This document shows positions 39,637 to 51,065 of a DNA stretch of 64,000 nucleotides, in pieces. The translations under genes and the position numbers were made by a program. The notes beneath the pieces are model-generated. The model made no database searches, was not told where the DNA came from, and saw nothing but the letters and a program-made list of their open reading frames with translations. This stretch comes from Hydrolagus affinis (lineage: Eukaryota), in the NCBI GenBank assembly GCA_012026655.1, contig JAAILG010000033.1, forward strand, positions 124,001 to 188,000, in the 5' to 3' direction. Within the stretch, counting starts at the first letter, position 1. Every line of letters begins with the position of its first letter.

Positions 39637-39702
39637 TTCAGCGCCTTGGGACGTCCTCCCGACGTGAAAGGCGCTCTATAAATGTAATTTGTTGTTGTTG
39701 TT
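39637..39702 (+). mobile_element. L2 3' terminal hairpin and tail
   Basis: agcgccttgggacgtcctcccgacgtgaaaggcgctctataaatgtaattt(gtt)n. Confidence 0.9.
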
Positions 39703-40109
39703 AAATAGATGGAGAAAAGCTCAAAATGAGATTATTGTTGTTTTTAAATAGTGTATTATTATTATAACTGTAGTGTATTATATTATATATTGTGTTATAG
39801 CCATAGAAGTTGGTGAGTCCACCTTCAACGTAAAAGTGTTGGAGCATGAACAGATATTGCCAATATGTTTCCTTTGATGAGAGAAACGCAAGAATCATTC
39901 AAAGATCATCTCACAGAGGAATACTTACTTTGTTCAGTATCCATAAAGCATTAAGCAAATGATGGCACACAGAAACAACTATAGACCAATTTGGCAAAGG
40001 AACCCTCAGTGAAGTCTACACAGAGACACAGTCAACATTAGAGCAAATTTCTCCTAAGTTCTCTTTTTGCTCTACCTTTACCATCTAAGCATCTAGTTTG
40101 ATACCCAAT

Positions 40110-40245
40110 TGTCCTTCATGCCCCACATCGGACTCCTGACCAGGATAACTTTCCTCAACCTCGGTGTTACATCGCATGTAACTTCCACATGGTCAAGCAT
40201 AGAGTACCCAAAGGCTCTGTCCTTGGCCACCTCATTTTTCCCGCA
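40110..40245 (+). mobile_element. LINE RT fragment (L2/CR1 group)
   Basis: agagtacccaaaggctctgtccttggccacctcattttt = RVPKGSVLGHLIF, resembling GVPQGSVLGPLLF. Confidence 0.65.
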
Positions 40246-40264
40246 ATTACACACTCATTGTGTG

Positions 40265-40740
40265 TCACTGACAAATGAACTGAAGAGAAAGAATTCTGTG
40301 TTTGATGTCTGCCATCAGAATGACTCTAGATTTTCATTTAACCATGAGAGTGTAATCAGCGAGGTTCCAGACCTTGAGGGAAAGAAGCAGTGAGGTAAAA
40401 GTTACTGCTGTCTATCCAACAGTTTACTTACACCTCCGTGAAAATGTGCCTATTGACCCCTTCTGGACCAGTACATTGTTCATCTCTTGAATGGGAGTTG
40501 GACACTGAATTAGCTAAAGCCCTCCAAACTAACCCCATGTGATTAGAATGATTGAGTATTAACAAATTTTCGAGCAGCTGTGACTTTGAGAGCCACAGGT
40601 AGGGTGGTTCTGGTCACATCTGTTAGCATTTGGCATAACTGCAATTGTGTAATTATGTCCCCCGAGAGCCTCAAGCTCCTTAGAATCTGCACCCCTGTTA
40701 ACCTCGGAGATGACACATTGTGCCTGTAAACCCTCCTGCC
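40265..40740 (-). pseudogene. PIF/Harbinger (HARBI1-like) transposase remnant
   Basis: RRVYRHNVS..QILRSLRLS..LCQML..LPVALKVTAARKFVNTQSF*..GFS*FSV, then a frameshifted TASFP/KVWNLADYTLM resembling AGFP.V.GAIDCTH. Confidence 0.75.
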
Positions 40741-42864
40741 ATGTTTTTGTCCTATGCTGTGAACTTCTGATGCGCCCAAACTTCCCATTCGTCCTGCTCC
40801 CCATTCTAAAGACCCAAAGCAGCCGGGGTGGGAGCAAGTATAAGGCTTCTTCGTCTCTTGCTGGAGGTAATCAAGTACCTGTTTCTGAGCACCTTTTCCG
40901 GGCTTGTGTTCAGAGCTCCAATGCAATCAAATTGTGTTTATCTATTTAGAAATGCCTAACAATTAAATATCATCATAACACTATCATGTCAAAGCTATCT
41001 CAGATGTCCACCTGGAGGAAGTACCACCAATTGGCTGTTTCCCACCTCCCAAAAGTGCTTTAGAAATCAGTTTCAAGCGTGTTTCAGAAATTGTAAACCT
41101 CCGTCTACAACTAACAATTGCTTTAAGCTACACTGCATGGCCATTTCCGGGTATTGCTTCTGTGCGAAAATCCCCAGGTCAGGAGCTTGGATCTCATATA
41201 GGATCAACCGGAGGCTCTCAGACATTGTCATAGTGAGCCTTCCTCACCCAGGAAAATGATTGCACCTCCTCCTTGTTTACTCAGATGGCAAAGACCTGAA
41301 AACACTGAAAAGAGGTTTCTCCGTATTCTGGCCAACAATCCCCAATAATAAAGCTGGTCACTTATTGCATGGCCATAGGTAGGATGTTGCTACATGAAAA
41401 CTTCATTGACACATTTGTCCACAAAATACATAGTCACTTTACTTTATAGGATGAAGCACTTTGAGATATATTGACAATGCTAAATCAAATGTAAGGATTA
41501 TTATTATCATCATCATCAATGGGCCATCAGAAACTCGAACACAGAAATTTATCCCCATTTTGTGAGTTGATTTTGAGCGGGAGGGGTGGGGAGGGGTTTA
41601 CACTGCAGTTGATCTGTCCTGGAAGTGCTGAGTGATCACTCACTGCCCAAAGTGGGAAAGTATTCAATTTCATAACAACAAAAAATTGTCTTGTTGCAGC
41701 ATCGAAAGTCTTAGCTTGAAAGCCTCAATCAAAATCAAATGCAAATAAAGAAAGCAGATCACAGATCAACGGGGACCAGTGAAGCAAGGTTTAGCTGATG
41801 GCACGGTTTCACAGAGTTTGTCACAGGACAAACTCTGTGAAATGATTCTAAGCAGCTCAATCGCTAGCGTTCCCAAATTAACAATCTGTAAATTCTTTCC
41901 AATTGGGCAAGATTTTATTTTCCATGAACACGTGATCAGACTTAATGACAAAATGTACACTTAATATTGCAGCGGTGTTGTGCCATAAGTTAAACATAAG
42001 ACAAGGACATAAAAGAATCTGAACCACTTTTAAAAGGCATCACTCCCTTGCCATTGGATTTCACACTGGAAGTTGAGTCATAAAGATAATTTACTGACTT
42101 GTCATATGTGTCGGTGTTTGTTCAGGGTAAAACTGTGTTGCCATTTACAATAACAGTAGCATGGTCACAGGGGTTTCATTAATTTTTACTATCACCAAAC
42201 GCAGCAATTTTTACTGGTGAAAAGCTATTAATAAAAGCCATCAATATGAACTCTGAAGGAAGCAAATAAAACACTTAAACACAGTGTATTTTAATGCTAA
42301 CAATGATGATGTGTGTTGGCAGCAATAATGGGCGTCTTTGAAAGCATTGCAATTGATAATAGACAATGAAACCCAAACAAGATGATTGAATCGTCAAACT
42401 CTCAATAATAAATTATGGTGCAGTTATGACCACTTGAATACACTAGCTGCAAGACAGTGTCACTCCACACTGTTGGAGCTGCAAATGCAAGCAACAAGGA
42501 CATTGTCAGGCAATGACACCTTTCAAAAAAGGATTGTAGGACCTTCTGCACTGTTAATTTTGTGTCGGCGAATGTGAAAATATAAGAAAAACAAAGCACA
42601 ATTCATATAGGTTAAGAATTTTACCAGCTGTTTAAATGAACTCTCCTTTATTTATTTATATTTAAAAAAAACAAGCCTTCTGGTTTTGGCAGGTTAACAG
42701 ATTCTCAAATGCACCAGAAAATGCTTCCCCGTAGCTGTTGTTCAGCAAATAATTATTCTGCCATGCTCAAAGCGTTGCCAAACAAGACAGCAGTTATCCA
42801 AACAGCAAGCACTGGAGTTGTATCCGCCTGTTCAGAACTGAGTAGAGTTCATTGATAACATATA

Positions 42865-43155
42865 ATAAGACATTAAACCAAGGTCCCGTCTGCCTGTTCA
42901 AGTGGATGTTAAAGATCCCATAACGTGAATTGATTATGGAGTTTCTACCAAGGTCATGGTCAACTGTCCCCAGGGTAAAATTGGACATCCATGTCATTGC
43001 TGTTTGTGTGACACCGCTGTATGCAAATTGGCTTCTGTTTGCGCTGATGAAAAATGCACTATCACTACACTTTACGGTACATCCTGCGAAGCACCTTGAG
43101 TTGTCTCAACATGTGATAAGCTGGTGATGTATCAAATGCAAAGCTTATTTATTTT
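42865..43155 (+). mobile_element. Deu-domain SINE
   Basis: agacattaaaccaaggtcccgtctgcctgttcaagtggatgttaaagatccca through tcaaatgcaaag tail. Confidence 0.85.
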
Positions 43156-45299
43156 AGAAATTCAAGTACTTTTTCGTCAATCGTTGACAGTTTATTTTTC
43201 ATCTGTCTCAGGATGTGAGCAACCAGCATAAATTTCCCATCCCTGACCTCAGAAGGAATAAGCAATACAATAAATGTTGGCAAAACAAATCAGTTATGCA
43301 GAGAGGTGAATGCAGATACTGTACTGTAGTAAAATAAATTTGAATTTTGTTCCCTTTTTCCTTCAAAATAGTTAGAACTTGCACTGAGCTACAAATTGCA
43401 CTGATCTATGATGAAGGGATGTCTTGGACTCTGGACAAATATGACAATCTAAAAGTAAAAGCAAAATGCAAATGAATGTATCACTTTAAAGTGGCTAGCA
43501 GCTGTTTTGAAACTCATTTTGATTCATATTGACTTAAAAGCCTTTTAATAAATGGGCGATGTGAAGTTAACGTTTTAGGTTTATTGGAAAGAAAGAATTT
43601 GTATGTTGAAACATTTTATATTACTTCACAATAATTACTACCAAGTGTTGTGATTTGATTCTGATTAAATATTTGTAAGATTAACTGTAAACTTTGGAAA
43701 AAAAATTACCCAGATCGCATTTCGATGTATTTGTGTACCAGTAGATGGAAAAGGGTGAGAACAGCTTGGGTCAAAAAACGTGTCAGTTTTCTAACATCAC
43801 TGCTAAAATGCAGCGTAATAATGCAACCAGCAAGGCATTTATATCATTGATACCTGAATATTCTCTCAGTGGAAAATTTATAGTTTGTAACTTAGCTTAA
43901 TTAGAAACTAGAAATCTAAATACTGCAATGAAAACTTTTTCCAATTCTAATATGGCTTTTTTTTAAATACATAAGTGACGTTATGAAAGCAAACAGTTCC
44001 TGGCTGTTTCAGGAATTGAGCGAGTCCCAAATCTCATGAATTTTGGCGACGCCGCATTTCTAAAGAAGCTGTGATACATTTTTACATATGTGAAGAGCTA
44101 ATTCTGAAGAAGCAGTAACGAAGAGACACTCGCATGTGTTAATTCATTATTGAAATATTGGCACGAAACATGAAACAGATAATGTTCTGCAAACAGATTT
44201 GCTGTGAAAAATGTAATGATCACCAAACACTCCTCATGCAAATTTCAAAGAGATATTAAGCAAAAGTAAGGATTGTATTACTCATTTACACTTATAGTAA
44301 GCCTTGCATGTGATATAGCGCTTATCACGTCTTCAAGACGTCTCAAAGTGCTTTGCATAATATATTGTAAATTCAATTGACGAGGCATCACTTGAATATC
44401 ATAAAGTGACAGATGAGATTGATCAAAGATCTGCAAATTAAAAATACTTGAAATAGCCAGAAAATATACAGAACTATGGGATGAGCGATTTAAATTGCAA
44501 TTCCTTGCTGCTATGTATAATTGATCATGTACATGATAACAGGTCAAAAATATCATTTTAGGTCAAAGGTACTGGTTCTAATTCGCCTTTTCACTCTGCG
44601 ATGGCTTGTTAGCCTTTGTTTTCTTGTTTTGCTTGTTCACACAGCGTTTGCCTGCTGTCAGGGAAGTGGTGTTTGTGCAAAGACAAGCAGAAGAGATGCT
44701 CTGCTCGTTCAAGCAGAGTCAATAAGCATGAGAGTACAAACAGCGACCCCCAACTGGTTGACTAACTGATAAGTCACATATATGAACTTGACAGTCTAGA
44801 ACTAAGGCTAACCTTTCCTTTTTTAAAAAAAATCATATGTTGAAATACCTACAAAGAATCAATGCATATTCATTCTGGATCAAAGGGACAGAACACCCAA
44901 ATTTATAGAGTTGAATTGTCAATTTACACGTCATTCATGGTACACAATGCAGCATTTATCTTGGCCAGAGATACTATACAATGGGCCAATAGGGTCATGA
45001 ATCTTTCAGGGAACATTTTTTTTTAACTCCTGGTAAAGCTAAGGCTGTGGCGTAGATCTCGCTCTGTTTTAGGAAAGGTGAATCCATAACACATAGGTGA
45101 GTCGACCTTGGCTCATTTGGTGGCACTCTCGACTCTGGATCAGAAGAGTGAAGGTTTAAGTCCTGTGTCAATGACTTGATGCTGGAGAAATGCTGCATTG
45201 TCAGGGGTTCTGTCCTTCATATGTTTTCATTGGATCAAGGTTCTGCCTCTTCGTTCTGGCGTTTGTTAAAGAACTCACCACACTTTTCAAAAGGAGAAG

Positions 45300-45545
45300 T
45301 GACTTGTTCCCACCCCTGTCTTTTCTAGTCAAACAACTATTCAAAGCTTCACGTAAACGAGGAAGATCCGCTGCAATTACATTACATCTGTAGATTACAG
45401 CACAATCACATCTGGAAGAGTCTCTCTTCGACTGCGGAATTAGGTCAATTACAAAACCAGATTCCTTATTGTATCTTTGGGAAGAGTACCTTTCTTGACT
45501 TTGAAACGTAACAAAATGATCTGCGAAAAAGCCTAATGTTGTAAA
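45300..45545. repeat. Local direct duplication, copy 1
   Basis: Colinear with 46020-46268, about 80% identical by eye, with one 3-bp indel. Confidence 0.9.
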
Positions 45546-46019
45546 GTACAGCCAAGACATGATAAAGCGCCATATGAAATGCAAGGATTATGTTATTATT
45601 ATTATTGTAACTAAAGTTATGCATCTATTTAAGGAATTCTTTTCTTATGAGTTGACTAAACCACACATTCCACAATTGCCCACAAAAAATTCTTCTTTCT
45701 TTTGATGTGCTTCCATTTTTTAAAGAAATTTACTTTATATTTACCTTTTTCTCTCAACACGGGATACAGTTTTGACATAAAAGGAGCTTACAGCACTTTC
45801 CTTGATTAATGATTAAAGTTAAAATAATAAACCTTTCTGAGTCTCTATAGAGACATAAATGGGGGGAAAAAAATTGTATTCCTGCTTCTATCCTGCTTTA
45901 GTGAAGTTTCCGGGCTCAGTCTCTACCTCTGTCTCCTTCAACCTCAGTCTCAGTGGATTTGGGTCTGTCTCCCTTCCTCTCAGCTCCTGTCTGTTTGAGC
46001 CGTTGTATTCTTTAGTTCC

Positions 46020-46268
46020 TGACTTGCTTATACCCTTGTCTTTTCTAGTGAAACTACGATTCGAAACTTCATGTAAATTAGAATGATCTGCTGGAATTAC
46101 ATCACGTCTGTAGATTACAGCATAATCACATCTGGAAGAATCTCTACTCTTGGACGGTGGAATTAAATTAATTGCAAAACCAGATTCCTTATTGTTTCTT
46201 TGAGAAGAGTGCATTTCTTTACTTTAAAACATAACAGAATGATCTTCAAAACAGCCTATTACTGTAAT
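46020..46268. repeat. Local direct duplication, copy 2
   Basis: For example tctgtagattacagca(c/t)aatcacatctggaaga is shared with 45300-45545. Confidence 0.9.
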
Positions 46269-46864
46269 ATATAACACCCACTGAACGGTTGTCAAGCTGT
46301 TATTAAAAAGGGGGTTCAAGTAGCATTTTATTTTTGAAGATTAGGTTGCGAATTTATTGCCATCACTGATGATAAATGCTTGTTTTTATAACAGTCTGAA
46401 GTTGATACTACGCCACACTAACAACATAGCAATCATAAATCACCAACCGCACTTCGCTGAAAGCAAAGATAATAAAAACTGAATACATATTAATTTACAC
46501 AGCATTCTTCGTGTCTATAATTGCCTTCAGAAACGCATTATTACAAATTACAATTCAAACTTATGTGTCTTCCTAGCCAAAGAAAATACTTTGCAGGAGG
46601 AACAGGTTACTTAGTGGAAGAAGATTTATGCAGAGATGTTTTTGTAGTCAATCAGCTCTTTTCAGTTTCCGATTCCCCCCCAAAAAAAGTAGTTATCCAG
46701 CAAATATTCAAGCCCATTAAATGGCATAAGAAGAACAAACGATTGGTTGGAAGCATGATATGAGGCTGCAACAAGATGAAGTTCAACGACATCATAAAAG
46801 CAAGACTAAAGGGGATCTCCATAGTCAGGGGAAACTCAAGATGGTGAGCCGATAAATTGCCAGC

Positions 46865-47140
46865 CACAGCTCGCCCAATAGTTCAGTGAGTTTAATCACA
46901 CAAACCATGAAGCGATAGAATTGAACCCTGAATTGGGCTATGTTAGCTGATCTCCCATGAGACAACAGTTGGGGGTGTTACAATTGGCCTCAGCATCCAG
47001 TTAGGAAGGATGAATTAGCCAGGGTTCCGATTATCTGTTGCGGGGAGCGAGTGGATCAATATTTAGTAAGTACCCTATAATGGTTAACTAGCATGCCAAC
47101 ACTCACACATGAATCATGGACCAGTTGATCATACTGGTGA
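46865..47140 (+). mobile_element. LF-SINE-like copy
   Basis: gttagctgatctc..gggggtgttacaattggcctcagca..gttaggaagga..tagccagggttcc..tagcatgccaacactcacacatgaa. Confidence 0.75.
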
Positions 47141-47319
47141 GTTTTAGACAGGGAAGAACTTCCATCAATTTGATCTCATCTTCACAGAACACTCTATCCA
47201 ATAATAATAATAAATAATAATAAATAATAATAATAATCATTTTATACAGCACCTTACTTTGTGGAGTCCTGTAGCTTAGTGGTTAAAGCACTCACCTCAC
47301 CGCACTCACATTACAACTC

Positions 47320-47625
47320 AAACTGTTGTTTAAGAAAATGATTCCATGTCCTGGCCTCAATTATCTTTCCCGGGTACCTGTTCCACTTGTTAATTACCCT
47401 CCGAGTAAAGAAAAATGTCCTGGTGTTTGTCACACAACTGCGTTTGGCAACTCTACACCCATGTCCTCTTGCTCTACTGTGTTGGATCCATCCAAACATA
47501 TTGTTCTGGGTGTACTTTTCCAATCGCGTTTAAACTATATATATATATATATCTCTTTAAGGTCTTCTGGCAAGACTGAAGAGCACTAGCTTGTCCAATC
47601 ACTGTTCACAGCTTAAACGTTTTAC
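47320..47625 (-). mobile_element. CR1 ORF2 C-terminal fragment
   Basis: Minus-strand SRARGHGCRV..RTFFFTRRVINKWNRYPGKIIEA. Confidence 0.85.
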
Positions 47626-49482
47626 GTAAGCTGTCTGTGGGACATTCATGCGTGCAAATCGGTTGCTTCGTTTTACAAATTCCATATGAGTCACATACCA
47701 CTTTACACAGATGTCACAATGGCATCAGAAGCAGTTAGACCAAATGCAAGGATTATCAGTGTTACTTTTATTATTATGCCACCTACACGTGGGACATTTT
47801 CCTTGCATCTGGAGTAGAATGAACACTCTCTCCCTGGAGGAACACGCACTTGCTTACTTAATTCCAGAGAGTATTAAGTACAGGATGACAAGAGCTAAGG
47901 CTTAAGGGCCTCAGCTCCTGCAGTGAGGCAAGGTAACTGAGAGGCAGAATAACACACACCACAGGACAACATCTCAAGCCTTCAGATGTAATGCGAAGGC
48001 GTATAAACGCGTGAGAAACGTCCACCAAAATGTCGCCATCATCTCATTGGTACATTTACTAACTGAGTACAACAAACCCTATGGGTGGCAACTGCCCTCT
48101 GTTGATCCACTCGGTGATGCCATCAGGTCCATACGCAAGTTAGAGCCTCTAAGCAAACATGGCAATTTTCAGGCAAGCAGTGAATGGGTTAACTGCAAAC
48201 AATATTCTGGATCTCTTCCAATTGAAGGTGCAACCAATTTGTGAGGCTGCAGTGCACTAAAGGAACAACGCACTGTACCGCAGAGTAATAAGACGAAGGT
48301 TGGCACACAGTTCCTCATTTCAGTAGGGGGAGGGGAAGAGAGAGAGTGCGAACATGAGTGGAAGGTTGGGAGGCATAAGGCAGAGGTGAGGAAGCTTCAG
48401 AGAAAGAAGGGAGGGAAAGTAAACACCTCCTGTTCTCTCATGTCTCCTAACAGAGCCAAATTGGCAGTTCATTAAACCCCTGCCCCCCACATCCGCATAC
48501 AAACTCATACTCTTGATTGTAGAACTGCAGGTAGAGAGTTATGGGGGGTGGGTGGGTGGGGAGAGGAGGGGTATTGCGGGCACAACTTTAGTAGAAGGAA
48601 ATAAACGGGGCACAGTTAAAAAAATAATAATTGAAGTTACGTTAAGCTTTGAAGCGCACACACTAACAGCTGCTGTACACTGCACTGATCTGTGTACAGC
48701 ACGTTGTGTGACTTGATAAGATGCAATTAAACAAAACAGCTGTCTGAAACCTGCCACTGCCTTGTCACATAAATAAACTCCAGTGTGAGTTAACAAGATG
48801 AGTCCTGACAAGCTAATAATGGATGAATTCAGCATCATTATTGGCATATCCCAGTAGATACCAGGATTTAGCCATCAGACAATTAGTCAGCCTTGATGAT
48901 TCTATAACAAGACATATTGCCAATGTTAACAACTATGCAGTGCAAGACACAATGCTCTTTCCTTCACAATCAGGGCAGTGCTCTAATGCTACCGAGAACC
49001 CATTCAGTATAGACATAGATTGAAATATGGCTCGGTTGGTTAGCATTCGCACCTCTGAGCCGGAAGGGACTTGGAACCCACATAGTCTAAGCTGTGCTGT
49101 GTGCTGGGTGTGCGGAGCTGCCTTCCTTCAAATAAAAAGTGAAACCGAGGTCCTGTCCACGTGTAAAGATCCCAAAGGCTGTGGGACACAGACTCACTGA
49201 GTGGCTGAAAGCGCAGTAGCCATTGGTGGAACGGAAGGCACAAGGGACAAGCTTTCAGTGGACGACGTGGCTTGGAAAGCTTTAAAGCTTAATGTTGCAA
49301 CCCACAAAATACACAGTCAATCCACTTTACAGTGTATCCTGAGAAGTGCTTTGAGACGTCTCGACATACGTGATGAGGCACTATAACTGCATCAAATGCA
49401 AGAATTGTTATTTTTATTATTACCAATCTATTTTTGCTGGAGGATGGCAACTATCCCATCAGTCACACAACCATCCCAAATC

Positions 49483-49541
49483 AACAACAACAACAACACT
49501 TTATATAGCGCCCTCCACGCCGGACGGTTCTCAGAGCGCTT
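49483..49541 (-). mobile_element. ~60-bp hairpin mini-retroposon
   Basis: AAGCGCTCTGAGAACCGTCCGGCGTGGAGGGCGCTATATAAAGT(GTT)n; flanks aaatc at 49478-49482 and 49542-49546. Confidence 0.9.
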
Positions 49542-49546
49542 AAATC

Positions 49547-49652
49547 CCCCATTTTGCCTCCACCTTCCCCGTCCGAAACAATGACTGTCCAGCACCTTAG
49601 GACATTCTCCTGATGTGAAAGGCACTATACAAGTGTAATTCTGTCGTTGTTG
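49547..49652 (+). mobile_element. L2 3' UTR and tail
   Basis: gactgtccagcaccttaggacattctcctgatgtgaaaggcactatacaagtgtaatt. Confidence 0.8.
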
Positions 49653-50697
49653 TCATGGAAAGTTTAAATCCCTCATTACCAAAACAGTGATTGTAGCGAC
49701 CACAATGTTTTGGCAAATAATACTTCAATACATAAACTACTAAAACATTCCTTCTTGTCACCGAGCATTTGATGTATCTATTTTTAGATTCATAATTTAC
49801 AACATTAAAAAATTTCTACACAAGATGGGGTCGTGCATCACTTTGGTGCAAATACTATCATTTTTTTCTAAATCACTTTTTAAAAATTATAATTAATCCC
49901 ATCTCTCCAGCTCTCTCCTCCGTATCCATTAATATTTTTCATGTTAATTACGCTACCAACAGTTCTCATTGTTAACTGGCACATGTAACTAAATATTGCA
50001 CTGCACATGTGGTCTGGGAACTGTGGAAACATGTATCATATCTCCATGCTAATAAGGTCATGATTATTCAGCCATTGGGACTGGGACTCATTTCCGTCTA
50101 GTCCCTCGATCCCACAACTAAATTCCAAACCTCCACACAGCTATAATAGAAAAGTCTGCCTTGGCCACAAGTTCATTCAGGAGTGAACCTGCAGCAGACA
50201 TTAAAGTTCCCATAACATAATTCAAAAATAGAAAAACCTGGGCATGTTTTCACACAGAGAATTATGGAATGTTATAGTAAAGAATATTGTTCCATCAGGT
50301 TTGCACTGAGCGACAAGCTTTGAAAAGGTTTGTGGCATTTCACATAAAAACATAAAGCTTTTATGACCTGGGAAACAATTATCCAAATAAAATTGATCAG
50401 TAACTTCCTGGCTGTTTGTAGGACATTGTGCTGTGCAAATTGCTATCGTTCGCCTACAAATACACAGTCACTACAGTTTATAATATATCGCATGAAGTAC
50501 TTTGAGACATCCTGCTGATGTGAAAGGCAGTTCATCAAATGTACGGATTATCGATACTTATATGCATTCCAATATATAAATATGCCCTTGCAAGACTTTT
50601 CCGATGAGATATCAATCATGTCTCTACGTTAATCGGTTATTGCGTCCTTGGCAGACAGACACACATACATTTTGTCTTTATTAGTATAAATAAATCT

Positions 50698-51065
50698 AAT
50701 AATAATCCTTGCAGTTGGTACAGCAACTTTCACATCTGAATAATTTCCCAAAGCTCTTCACGGGAGTTCTGTGCAGTGACTGTGTATTGTGTAGGCAAAC
50801 AGGGTAGGCCAATCGTGTACAACAACTGTGAAGTGATTCAGCAATGTTTATTTGGGAGATTGTTGGCCAGGGTACCAGGAGAAACTCCCTTGCCTTTTTC
50901 AGTAGTGGCTGCCCTCAACAGGCAGACAGTAACTTTAAACTCTCATTCGAAGGATGGCACTTCCGACAACGCAACACTGTGTTGGAGTCTCGGCCTAGAC
51001 AACACGAGTCCATAAACCCACAACCCTCTTACTCAGAGGTGAGAGTGTTACCAACTGGGCTGGAT
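50698..51065 (-). mobile_element. Deu-domain SINE, near full length
   Basis: Reverse tail, gttggccagggtaccaggagaaactccc, tctcattcgaaggatggcacttccgaca, and tRNA-like head. Confidence 0.8.

Noticed and set aside
45300-46268. LTR pair / TRIM interpretation of the duplication
   Set aside because: No TSD, primer-binding site or polypurine tract found in either orientation.
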